Part shown: positions 26,174 through 35,005 of the stretch, piece by piece | Layout of the letters: every line of letters starts with the position of its first letter | How positions within the stretch are numbered: the stretch's first letter is position 1 | DNA from: a virus | Lineage: Duplodnaviria > Caudoviricetes | Length of the DNA stretch: 35,825 nt | Virus record (IMG/VR): IMGVR_UViG_3300021961_005413 | Location: 1 to 35,825 of that record | Strand: one strand, 5' to 3' | The notes under the pieces: generated by a model | What the model was told of the DNA's origin: nothing | The model's database searches: none | The model's input: only the letters and a program-made list of their open reading frames with translations | Translations under genes and position numbers: made by a program

Positions 26174-27466
26174 CTATCTTCCTACCTGTGTTAGATATTT
26201 CTCTTTTGTTTCTTCCCAATTCATGAAACAAATATCATCATAGAACAAAGTTTCATTTAGATTTGTTCTATCGTTTTCTACCAAGTTCTTAATACGCTTT
26301 GACGCATACTTGGTCTTCCAAAGATTTACAAGATATTCGACGCTTGTATCAAAAGACTTTACAAGTTTCGAATCGTCAATTTCTCCTCTTAAATACTCAC
26401 ATGTATTATTATACAAAGGAGAGAAATAGATACCGCGATGGTGTTCAGAACGAATAATCTCTTTAGGAATATTTAACTTAGAAAATGCACGACTGCGATA
26501 GCGATTACGATGGTCACGCTTCAACATAAGACCGTTCTTGTTCTTGGCCACATAATGTAGAAAATATCTTTCTGTATCATGCTTCTTAAAGAAACGAAGC
26601 ATTTCTCGTTCTACACTCTTCGTCATTTCATATGTCAAAGAACCAGAAGAATAACCCATTTTCTTCCAGTGTTTTAGATTGTCGTACTGACTTAGACCGC
26701 CTGCCTTTGATTTACCATAGAGACTGGTAGTCGTTACAGATACCAGAGTGTCACCGTAGTTTTGTTTCCATTGATTTTGGACAACATCGGAAAGACAAAG
26801 TAAAGCGAGAAGTTTACCGCCTGTATAATTAAAACCAAGAGGCTGGAGTGGTACAATAGTAGAACCAATACAAGTATGATTTAGTTTGCCACTCTTTGTT
26901 TTAAATTCACGATCCCAACCAATGTAATTATCACGAGGCGTCAAGTCAATAAAATCGCCTGTAATGCAAATAACACCAAGATACTTACCAGTTACTCGGT
27001 CACGAATAATATAGTGCATGTTACGTCCGATGTTAGAATTGTTCTTCATCGTACTTGTAAACGTGCGTATGCAGTTCCACTTATTGATAGTGGATCCTGC
27101 ACTTACATTCTTGTTAAGACTGTTTTCATCAGTATAGACCATTTCGATATCAAGTTTGTCGAAATCTTCTGGAGACTCTGGCATCCAGATATTGGTCTTA
27201 CATTCATGAATTAGTTTGTGGTGTTCTTCATTCGCAAATTGATACTCTTCACCGAAGAGAGTATTTCTTTTCTCAGAAGGATACCTCTCATGTATTTCAA
27301 GATACTTCTGATAAAGTGTATACTCTTCAACGGTCATTTGACTTACATTAGTTAGATCATCAATGATTATCTGACGTAAGTTAGATTCTTCCAAAACATC
27401 ATCTTCGATTGGATCTGTAGCGAGCCAATCGTCATATTGTTTCTTTACGAAATCTTCTTCAATCAT
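26174..27466 (-). CDS. DUF4338 (DruA-like) domain protein
   Basis: IVPLQPLGFNYTGGKLLA, TTTSLYG, SQYD; paralog at 31330-32460. Confidence 0.75.
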   Translation of the reverse strand: MIEEDFVKKQYDDWLATDPIEDDVLEESNLRQIIIDDLTNVSQMTVEEYTLYQKYLEIHERYPSEKRNTLFGEEYQFANEEHHKLIHECKTNIWMPESPEDFDKLDIEMVYTDENSLNKNVSAGSTINKWNCIRTFTSTMKNNSNIGRNMHYIIRDRVTGKYLGVICITGDFIDLTPRDNYIGWDREFKTKSGKLNHTCIGSTIVPLQPLGFNYTGGKLLALLCLSDVVQNQWKQNYGDTLVSVTTTSLYGKSKAGGLSQYDNLKHWKKMGYSSGSLTYEMTKSVEREMLRFFKKHDTERYFLHYVAKNKNGLMLKRDHRNRYRSRAFSKLNIPKEIIRSEHHRGIYFSPLYNNTCEYLRGEIDDSKLVKSFDTSVEYLVNLWKTKYASKRIKNLVENDRTNLNETLFYDDICFMNWEETKEKYLTQVGR

Positions 27467-27974
27467 CTAAAAATGCTGCTTCCTGTTCAGCGAACCAATC
27501 GCCAAGTTTATATCCCCAGTCTTCGTTATAATCATCGGTCTCTTCATCCCAGTTTTCACATCCAATTACATCTACATAATTTTCAGCTTCAACTTCTTCT
27601 TCATAAACCTCATCATGATATAGACCATAAACACCAACAAAGTTAGGCATTTCATCTTCATACTGAACCCACATACGAAGGTCAGGCGAATTAAGTGCCT
27701 TTAATGTTTCAAAAACTTTATTGTAAAAAGGAATCGGTGCCGACCAGGCAGAGACAGTAGAAAAGTTGTCTTCATCTACATAATCAAAATACATCCACTT
27801 AGGACCGATATTTGCAAAGTACCAGGCGTGGTCTGGTGTGTAGTCCTCATAAAAGTACTTAATCTGATCTTGTTCTTTGTTTTCTCCATCAATTTCTGAA
27901 AGACCATCAAGAAACTTTTTTGCTTCATCAGAAATGTTTGAAAAACTTACATATGATGTTACATGATTAGCCAT
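27459..27974 (-). CDS. acidic hypothetical protein (YubB/DUF1281 ferredoxin-like pattern)
   Basis: MANHV..., W...NIGPKW, SAWSAP, YEDE..NFVG. Confidence 0.65.
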   Translation of the reverse strand: MANHVTSYVSFSNISDEAKKFLDGLSEIDGENKEQDQIKYFYEDYTPDHAWYFANIGPKWMYFDYVDEDNFSTVSAWSAPIPFYNKVFETLKALNSPDLRMWVQYEDEMPNFVGVYGLYHDEVYEEEVEAENYVDVIGCENWDEETDDYNEDWGYKLGDWFAEQEAAFLDD

Positions 27975-28347
27975 TGTATATTACCTTCTTTAAGTCTGGT
28001 TGCCAATAGTTTGGTCCCTTAAGAACCTTACCGTCTTCACGATAGATAGGTTTACCATCTTCGCCAAGTTTACTCATGTTACTATTATGCACTTCTTCGA
28101 AGCATTTGTCAAGAGGAATTCCAAAAGAATGTCCTGCGCCATATACAACATAAAGAAGGTCTGTGAGAGCGTCCGCGACCTCAGTAAGATCGCGGTTGCC
28201 CATTGCATCAAATAGTTCATTTAGTTCTTCTTTGATCAAATCGTATCGCATTGCCATTGTATCTATGTCTGGAAACTCAGGCGATGTTTTAACTTCTTGT
28301 CCAAAGGTGTTCATGAACTCAGCTACTTTTTCAAAATTAGTTGACAA
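27967..28347 (-). CDS. MazG-like/PRA-PH family NTP pyrophosphohydrolase
   Basis: LIKEELNEL, EVADALTDLLYVVYG, EVHNSNMSK, DGKVLKGPNY. Confidence 0.9.
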   Translation of the reverse strand: MSTNFEKVAEFMNTFGQEVKTSPEFPDIDTMAMRYDLIKEELNELFDAMGNRDLTEVADALTDLLYVVYGAGHSFGIPLDKCFEEVHNSNMSKLGEDGKPIYREDGKVLKGPNYWQPDLKKVIYNG

Positions 28348-29358
28348 TTATCGATTCCTAATTTCTTCTTTGCGTAAGAATTGCTTTTCTTTATTTTTTA
28401 CATCTTGTCCTAAGAAAGCTTCGATGCGCCAAGGAAAAGTACCAGTTTTGTGAAAAAATTCGACGGACTTCAACATACCTCTTTCTAACCGCTCAAACTC
28501 TCTTATTTGTGAAAGTCTTCTAGCTTTTAGAGACTTCTTCTTAGTAGGCGCTTTTGTATGATTCAGAAAGTAAGAAGGTTTTCCTGTCTCATCAAATCTT
28601 TTTAGGGCGTTTATCAAATACTCATATTCATATCCCTCTAAAACTGTCCATCCAAACTCATCTCTGTCGTGGTCAAGGTTGCCACCCCATGCGTAATTTC
28701 TACCTTCTGGATTTGTTTGTAAGAATGCTTCTAACTGATCAGACGGATATGTCTTAATATCTTGATATGCTCCGTTTCTATTTACCACCTGTCTTACAAT
28801 TTTAGAAAAAGTAGCTGAATGAAGATTGTCCGTATTTTCATGTAAATACGCTTTAATTTCCTCTTCAGTATTCTTTAATTCTTTAATTTGAATTAAATAA
28901 CTTAAAACATTGATTAAGTCTTCAGCGGTGTTTGACTTTTCAGGAGAATGGTCATTTTCTCTAATCTGTAATGACGTAGTTGCCTTTTCGCTAGAAACAC
29001 CATTTAAACCGATTTCATAGATATCAAATATCCATTCAACAGCGTTCATTTTTCTAAGCGCTTCAAACCTATGCGCGCCAGCAAGAAGTTCATATTCATA
29101 ATAAACACCATTTACCCACTGAGGCTTACGAACAACAATTGGCGGGCGTTTTGAATAATCAATACCCTTCTGCATGGATTCTGATAGCTTGTTTATATGT
29201 TCAGCATCTAATCCCTTTTTTCTAACCTTGTTTATTGTAGTACCTGTTACACTCTGAGGTACATATACAGTTGACAAGTCAATTACCTTTGTTTCTACAT
29301 AGTTAGAACCTTTAGAAACAATAGCTACTCTAGTTAGTTTTGTAATATCTAAATTCAT
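28348..29358 (-). CDS. ParB/Srx-like N-terminal domain protein
   Basis: HINKLSESM..GI, PPIVV, YELLAGAHRFEAL, IREN; start uncertain (29358, 29364 or 29412). Confidence 0.75.
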   Translation of the reverse strand: MNLDITKLTRVAIVSKGSNYVETKVIDLSTVYVPQSVTGTTINKVRKKGLDAEHINKLSESMQKGIDYSKRPPIVVRKPQWVNGVYYEYELLAGAHRFEALRKMNAVEWIFDIYEIGLNGVSSEKATTSLQIRENDHSPEKSNTAEDLINVLSYLIQIKELKNTEEEIKAYLHENTDNLHSATFSKIVRQVVNRNGAYQDIKTYPSDQLEAFLQTNPEGRNYAWGGNLDHDRDEFGWTVLEGYEYEYLINALKRFDETGKPSYFLNHTKAPTKKKSLKARRLSQIREFERLERGMLKSVEFFHKTGTFPWRIEAFLGQDVKNKEKQFLRKEEIRNR

Positions 29359-29436
29359 TTTCATTTCCTTTTCTAATAGACGACCAGGAGCCAAATGCAA
29401 CCTATTGATCATCTACATAATGTTTTTCAGTTTAAA

Positions 29437-29730
29437 TTATTGTGGTTTTGGTATTGTCGGTTCTGGCCAACTTCTACCTTTTTCATATGCTTCAGCTTCT
29501 ATTAATATTTGTTCTCCTTTCTTACGATCTTCAATGCCTTTTTTACATGCTTCAAGAGCACCAGGATTACCAACATATTCTTGACACGGTCCTAAAATTG
29601 GTTGTAAAACCGGCCGTGATTCTTTCGGCACAGGACGATAGTGAGCACCTATCGCAACTTCACTATCTTCACTGCCCAAACAACCACTTAATAGTAGTAC
29701 TGTCAAAGATGTTAATAAAACCTTTTTCAT
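29437..29730 (-). CDS. putative lipoprotein
   Basis: MKKVLLTSLTVLLLSG-C lipobox; start placed after the tRNA. Confidence 0.8.
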   Translation of the reverse strand: MKKVLLTSLTVLLLSGCLGSEDSEVAIGAHYRPVPKESRPVLQPILGPCQEYVGNPGALEACKKGIEDRKKGEQILIEAEAYEKGRSWPEPTIPKPQ

Positions 29731-29748
29731 TGTGCGTTCTTCAAGAAT

Positions 29749-29822
29749 TGGAGCGGGCGGAAGGAATCGAACCCCCGTCATGAAATTGGAAATCTCAGGT
29801 AATGCCACTATACGACACCCGC
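29749..29822 (-). tRNA. tRNA-Gly(UCC), 74 nt, encoded CCA
   Basis: GCGGGTG...TGAGA-TT-TCC-AA-TTTCA-TGAC-GGGGG-TTCGATT-CCTTC-CGCCCGC-T-CCA. Confidence 0.93.
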
Positions 29823-29836
29823 TTGATTGTTAAGTT

Positions 29837-29865
29837 AATATACTACATCGAACGCATATTGTCAA
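29837..29865 (-). promoter_or_regulatory. sigma70-type promoter for tRNA-Gly
   Basis: TTGACA-17 bp-TATATT. Confidence 0.85.
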
Positions 29866-29876
29866 CACATTTTTAA

Positions 29877-30509
29877 TTATTTTTTACAAATAAAGCTGGT
29901 AAAACACCAATATGCGTTCATAATGTAAATTTCTTTAAAACCGATACTTCTTAATGTTTTTAGATACCAGTCAACATCATGAATAAACATAACATTTACT
30001 AGGCTCTCTGCTTTTTGTTGTATCTCGTTTTCAGATACGCCTTTTCTGGATTTAAACTGGTGATAAAATTTTAAAGGCAATTCATCGTTACTGGTCTTGT
30101 CTGTTAAGATAAACAAACCATTATCAGATAGTCCATCATAAACAGATTTTAGATATTCTATTTTGTTTTCTATAAAATGTAAAGTCCAATTCATTAATAC
30201 TACATCATATATTTCCTTCGGAAACTTGTCAGATAGGTGTAAAGTAAAGATTTCAGAACTACACTTATCTAATAACGCCGCCGAAATCATTGCCGAACTA
30301 CTGTCTACACCATGTAGATTTGTAAAGCCTTGTGACTGTAATCTACTTAAAGTTTCGCCGATAGCACAACCAACATCTATAATTTTTGTATTTTTGTCCA
30401 AATAATTACAAACATCTACGCACTGATCAATAACAGCATCATAATTAGGTATGTGTTGTTTAGCATGACTTTCAAATATGTTAGCTATTGTATTGTCAAA
30501 TTTCCACAT
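29877..30509 (-). CDS. CmoA-like class I SAM-dependent transferase
   Basis: WKFD..IA..F, IPNY, IDVGCAIG, GVDSS..MI, NWTLHFI, FK...GVSE.EI.QK...L.NVM. Confidence 0.8.
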   Translation of the reverse strand: MWKFDNTIANIFESHAKQHIPNYDAVIDQCVDVCNYLDKNTKIIDVGCAIGETLSRLQSQGFTNLHGVDSSSAMISAALLDKCSSEIFTLHLSDKFPKEIYDVVLMNWTLHFIENKIEYLKSVYDGLSDNGLFILTDKTSNDELPLKFYHQFKSRKGVSENEIQQKAESLVNVMFIHDVDWYLKTLRSIGFKEIYIMNAYWCFTSFICKK

Positions 30510-31320
30510 AACCTAATGCTTCTTTCGTATCTTTGTATTTTTCAAATCGTTCACCAAATCGGCCAGTAGCAAAATATGTTTCTGGCAATTCGGTTTTTAA
30601 TAAATCATACACATTGGTATCTTTAAACCCCAATAAATTTAGGTAATGTTTAAAAAATCCTATACTAGGATAAGATCCATTAATTTCAGTCTTAGTTATA
30701 TAATCATTTGATTTTTTGTATTGTATAAAACTGCCCTTTTCTTGAAATTGCTTCCAGAAGTCACTCTTTTGAAATTTTTCCCTAATCTCTTCTGAATATT
30801 GATCGAGAAGATTTGGATGCATACTTTCAACTATAATCGAATTTGTTTTTTCATACAAAGCAAGTAGTATTGGAATAGCATCAAACATCGCATACCAAAT
30901 TCCTGAAGCCACCACTATGTCAAAATTTTCAGATAAATTTTTAATAAAGTTTTCAATAGAATCATTTTTTATGCACCATCTTTCAGCATCAAACGAATCA
31001 GATAAATTTATAGTTGCAATATTTGATAGTCCTTTACTATACTCTACTCCCACATAATACTTTGCGCCTTTAGATAAGACATATGCGCCTACTGCACCTA
31101 CACAACAACCAAGGTCTAATACTCTTTTATCTTGTAAATCATATCCATGAAAAAAACTATCATATCTTTTTTGTAAGAAAGTTTTGTTTATATTATATTG
31201 GAAACCAAATTCTCGAAACCGTGACGTTCTAGGATCTGAAGTTACAAAATGTGGAAGTTGTTCAAAGATATTATCTGATGATGGATCGGATAGAATAATT
31301 TGTGATAGATTAGTTACCAT
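30496..31320 (-). CDS. class I SAM-dependent methyltransferase
   Basis: KRVLDLGCCVG, YVGVEY, FDIVVASG. Confidence 0.85.
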   Translation of the reverse strand: MVTNLSQIILSDPSSDNIFEQLPHFVTSDPRTSRFREFGFQYNINKTFLQKRYDSFFHGYDLQDKRVLDLGCCVGAVGAYVLSKGAKYYVGVEYSKGLSNIATINLSDSFDAERWCIKNDSIENFIKNLSENFDIVVASGIWYAMFDAIPILLALYEKTNSIIVESMHPNLLDQYSEEIREKFQKSDFWKQFQEKGSFIQYKKSNDYITKTEINGSYPSIGFFKHYLNLLGFKDTNVYDLLKTELPETYFATGRFGERFEKYKDTKEALGYVEI

Positions 31321-31329
31321 TTATAACTC

Positions 31330-32460
31330 CTAACGAATAATGTCAATAGATTCTGGATTATGATTCCAGACTTCGATTTCTGACCTAAGTCTCGTATCGT
31401 TCTTCAAAGATTCAAATCGTTTTGCAGCCTTATCTTTCCACCAAGAAACAACACCATCAAAACTATAACGATCATAGTTATCCTTTTTGATAAGTGTATC
31501 CGTTTCCATGTTAAGATACTCTTTTACATTTTCAAAACCAAAATCTGACATATACTGACGCTTCTTCTCTGTCAGACCTTTTGCATTATTGCATATAAGA
31601 TTGAAATTGTCAAGTTCTTTTTTGTCAAATTCTTTTAAAGATGCCTTAATAATGGATATCATTTTAGTCTGTGTCTTTAATTTACGAGAAGAGGCATCTT
31701 CTGGTACTAGACTTTCGCCGTTGTTTCTTTTGACAAACCAGTCACTTAATCGACGATAGTTTTCATCATTGATAAGTGGTGCAAAGTCCGAATCGGTGTT
31801 GCCTTTATAACGAAGAAATGGTTTCATACCATCATATTGTGACGCACCTTTGGTTGAACCATACAATGAAGTTGTTTCGAACATACAAAAAGGACCGCCA
31901 TACTTCTCGTCCAACTTATCCTTGACAAGATGTGAACAACAGATGGCGGCCAATAACTTACCGCCTAGATAATTAAAACCAAAAGGTTGTGTAGGTACAA
32001 TGATGAACCCCATAATGGCGGAGTCATTAAATCTTTTCATAACTTCTCGGTTTAGTGTATCTAGTGGTTTGCCTAGAAACTCGTTACGTGGCTTTGAATT
32101 AATCGTAGGAGAACCCATACGAATAAATCCTACAATCTTGTTTGTGTTCTTCTCGTAGACAATATATCTTAATGATTTACCAGGAATAGAAGACTCGATA
32201 GCGTGAGAGGTAACGACTTCAAGATAGTACATGAAGGTTTCGTTATCAACTTCTCTACACTCAAATTCCATGTCTTCTGGATTCATAGAAAAATCAGAAA
32301 ACATTTCATCCTGCGGACCCATACCAGGTAAGGCCGTCGGATAATTTTCCATTCTTTCTAGTTTTACCTTACGCAAATAGTCGTCAATGCGTTCGAAATT
32401 AGAGAAATAATCCACGAACACATTGGCAGCATATAGTGCATCATCACGATTTAGAATCAT
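31330..32460 (-). CDS. DUF4338 (DruA-like) domain protein, second paralog
   Basis: IVPTQPFGFNYLGGKLLA, FETTSLYG, SQYDG; ATGA-coupled to gp43. Confidence 0.75.
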   Translation of the reverse strand: MILNRDDALYAANVFVDYFSNFERIDDYLRKVKLERMENYPTALPGMGPQDEMFSDFSMNPEDMEFECREVDNETFMYYLEVVTSHAIESSIPGKSLRYIVYEKNTNKIVGFIRMGSPTINSKPRNEFLGKPLDTLNREVMKRFNDSAIMGFIIVPTQPFGFNYLGGKLLAAICCSHLVKDKLDEKYGGPFCMFETTSLYGSTKGASQYDGMKPFLRYKGNTDSDFAPLINDENYRRLSDWFVKRNNGESLVPEDASSRKLKTQTKMISIIKASLKEFDKKELDNFNLICNNAKGLTEKKRQYMSDFGFENVKEYLNMETDTLIKKDNYDRYSFDGVVSWWKDKAAKRFESLKNDTRLRSEIEVWNHNPESIDIIR

Positions 32461-34955
32461 CCAAAAAAACTCTCCAGAGTACTTTTCTTTTCAAGTTCCC
32501 ATTGTATCACATCCGTGATGGAACGCAAGGGAGAAAGGAAATTTTTTTCAAACTGCATATCGTAGTCTAAGTAATCTTCTAACTTGAACTCTTTAGGTAG
32601 AGAGTCGATAGCACTGATTACATTCTCTCTCGTAGGGTTTGGCACCTTTAGATAACAGAACTTGATCTTGTCACCATCACGAATTCTTTCGATACGATTT
32701 GATAGTTTATGCTTCTCAAGCATACTATTATATATCAAAGCACCACGGACATGAATTGGAGTGCCAGTCTTCCAGCCGCCACGAGACTCACGATACTTTG
32801 TAATACCGTTCATGCCACGAGGAAAAGAAATCTCTTCGAAGGACATTTGATTGAAGTCATTACGAAACTTATCAACATATTGTATCAAAATATTTTCATT
32901 CTCGTTCATAATGATACGCAAGGCCTCTTTGATACTTTCACGGCAAGACTGTGGTGTAGAAGACCGTACTGCTTCGATACCCATAATCTTCAGAACGGGA
33001 CTAGAATACTGAACGCCTTCGTTGTTGTATACATTTAGAATGTAGTGTTTCTTGCCAGTCCAGATACCTTTGTTAGCAATCGCTTCTCGCTTCATAAACA
33101 TCTTCTGTGCGAAAGCGTTGACATATTCAGACAGTTCTTTATAAGAATTATTGATGAACGGTTCAAGGCCTTTAGAACAAACTTTGTCAAGATACTTTAC
33201 GACTTCATCAACAGAGGCATCTTTCTTAAAGTCTTCTACAAACTTACTCAGGTTTAGATAGATAGAGTCTGTGTCAGAAGCAATGACATAATCTGTATCG
33301 GTCTTCAACAGACCGTTCAGATAATTATTCATGTGTTTTTCAATCCATCGAATAGATAACTGACCGCCCATTGTGACGGACTCAGCATAGTCTGGATTGA
33401 ACCAACGAAACCACTCGTTACCAAGAGCACCATAAGCACAGTTCAACTGAATTTTCTTTGCGTGTTGTATCTTGTCATAACGAATCGATTCTTTTAGAAA
33501 GTCTGGATTGCGTGTGTCTTCGTACTTCTGTTTGGCTTCGAGCATAAGACGCTTGAACCTAGAACGATCTTCATACATCTTTTCCATGAGGGCAGGCAAG
33601 AAGCCTTGACTGTCGCGTTTCCATAGACAACCGTTTGGCGTCATGGTCAAATTGTTTTCAGAAAGAAATCCCTTGATCTCTTCGTCGTTCAATACACCAT
33701 CTAGAAAACCATCAACAGTACAACCAGGAAAGGAAATTTTCTTTACATATTTTTCTGGAGAAATATTGTACTGCATGATAAGATGCGGATACAGAGAGTT
33801 TAGATCGAAAGAACAAACCCAATCATGTTTGCCAAGTATAGGGTCTTTCACATAACCACCGACGAACGAATATGGTTTGTCATTTCGTTTGTACTGTGGC
33901 ACAACAATGTTTTTTGCAATAAGATAGTTGTGTGTGATAACATCCCACATACGAACAGAGGTATAGGCATCAGTATAGTTTAACTTGGCATCATACGCCA
34001 GCGCGAGAGCCAAGTCCATCAACTTTAGTTTGTCATCTAAACGATTGATAAGTTCTGTGTCAAGTACGTTGTATTCGACATACTTCTGAAAGTTTTGTTC
34101 ATACAAATTGTGCAGTGAACCATATTCGGAGTAGTCTAACTTACGCTGGCCTAGTTCAACATAGGCAATGTGGTCTAGTTTGTATGACTCTTGTTGCGTG
34201 AAGGTCCACTTGCGATAAACCGCGAGATAATCCATAACATCAACGCCCACAATATCATATGTAGTTACCTCTTCGTTATTGTTCTTCTGTTTTTTGCCGA
34301 GTACAGACCGCCAAGGCGAAAGATTTTTGGGATAAGTATCACCAAGAATATTTTTCATACGATTTATGATATAAGGAATATCGAAGAACTCTATGTTCCA
34401 ACCAGTCAGAATGTCTGGATCCATCTTGCGATATTCATCTATAAAACGAATCAATAGTTCTTTTTCGTCACGGCATCGATAGTAAGTGACGTTATCTTGG
34501 TGTGGTTTGTAGTCGTTAATACCAATCACAACAAACTTTTTGCCGTCTGAAATAGTGATAACAGTGATTGCTTTGTTGGCTGTTTCTACATCTGGAAAAC
34601 CATCATCAGACATTGTTTCGATATCAAGTGAGACAACATTGATTAGATCACGGTCATACGAGACTTCGCCTGGCCATGTGTCATTGATAAACGGATAGAC
34701 GAATTGAGTCATACCGTAGAATTCTAGATTGTCTACATCAGAATATTTATCGATGAATTCTTTGGCGTCACGAATGTCGCCGAACGTAATCTTTTCTGCC
34801 TTGTCACCGAACGGCGACATATACTCGCCTTTTGGACTTCTGACAAAAAGATATGGCTTATAGTCAACTTCATACTTGGTTCTTTTACCATCTTCGATGG
34901 CGCGTACAAGTAATTTGTTGCCATACTGCCTTACGTTTGTATAGAATGAACTCAA
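32457..34955 (-). CDS. 43: family B DNA polymerase gp43
   Basis: LDIET, GWNIEFFDIPY, SFDLNSLYPH, KIQLNCAYG, ASDTDS; TTG start with AAGGAG. Confidence 0.98.
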   Translation of the reverse strand: MSSFYTNVRQYGNKLLVRAIEDGKRTKYEVDYKPYLFVRSPKGEYMSPFGDKAEKITFGDIRDAKEFIDKYSDVDNLEFYGMTQFVYPFINDTWPGEVSYDRDLINVVSLDIETMSDDGFPDVETANKAITVITISDGKKFVVIGINDYKPHQDNVTYYRCRDEKELLIRFIDEYRKMDPDILTGWNIEFFDIPYIINRMKNILGDTYPKNLSPWRSVLGKKQKNNNEEVTTYDIVGVDVMDYLAVYRKWTFTQQESYKLDHIAYVELGQRKLDYSEYGSLHNLYEQNFQKYVEYNVLDTELINRLDDKLKLMDLALALAYDAKLNYTDAYTSVRMWDVITHNYLIAKNIVVPQYKRNDKPYSFVGGYVKDPILGKHDWVCSFDLNSLYPHLIMQYNISPEKYVKKISFPGCTVDGFLDGVLNDEEIKGFLSENNLTMTPNGCLWKRDSQGFLPALMEKMYEDRSRFKRLMLEAKQKYEDTRNPDFLKESIRYDKIQHAKKIQLNCAYGALGNEWFRWFNPDYAESVTMGGQLSIRWIEKHMNNYLNGLLKTDTDYVIASDTDSIYLNLSKFVEDFKKDASVDEVVKYLDKVCSKGLEPFINNSYKELSEYVNAFAQKMFMKREAIANKGIWTGKKHYILNVYNNEGVQYSSPVLKIMGIEAVRSSTPQSCRESIKEALRIIMNENENILIQYVDKFRNDFNQMSFEEISFPRGMNGITKYRESRGGWKTGTPIHVRGALIYNSMLEKHKLSNRIERIRDGDKIKFCYLKVPNPTRENVISAIDSLPKEFKLEDYLDYDMQFEKNFLSPLRSITDVIQWELEKKSTLESFFG

Positions 34956-34976
34956 CCTTTTTCTCCTTTAGTGTAC

Positions 34977-35005
34977 ATCATACAACAAAGAAAAAACAAA
35001 GTCAA
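34977..35005 (-). promoter_or_regulatory. sigma70-type promoter for gene 43
   Basis: TTGACT-17 bp-TATGAT. Confidence 0.85.

Noticed and set aside
29731-29808. ORF-track extension of the lipoprotein through tRNA-Gly as a second tRNA-in-gene case
   Set aside because: The clear signal peptide begins at 29730, and the extension lacks an RBS and a proper start, so it is probably a chance open frame.
26174-32460. Druantia defence system
   Set aside because: Only DruA-like domains are present; there is no DruE helicase or other Dru gene in the window.
14180-34955. Introns, inteins or a split gene in gp41, uvsX, gp44 or gp43
   Set aside because: All are uninterrupted and of normal length.
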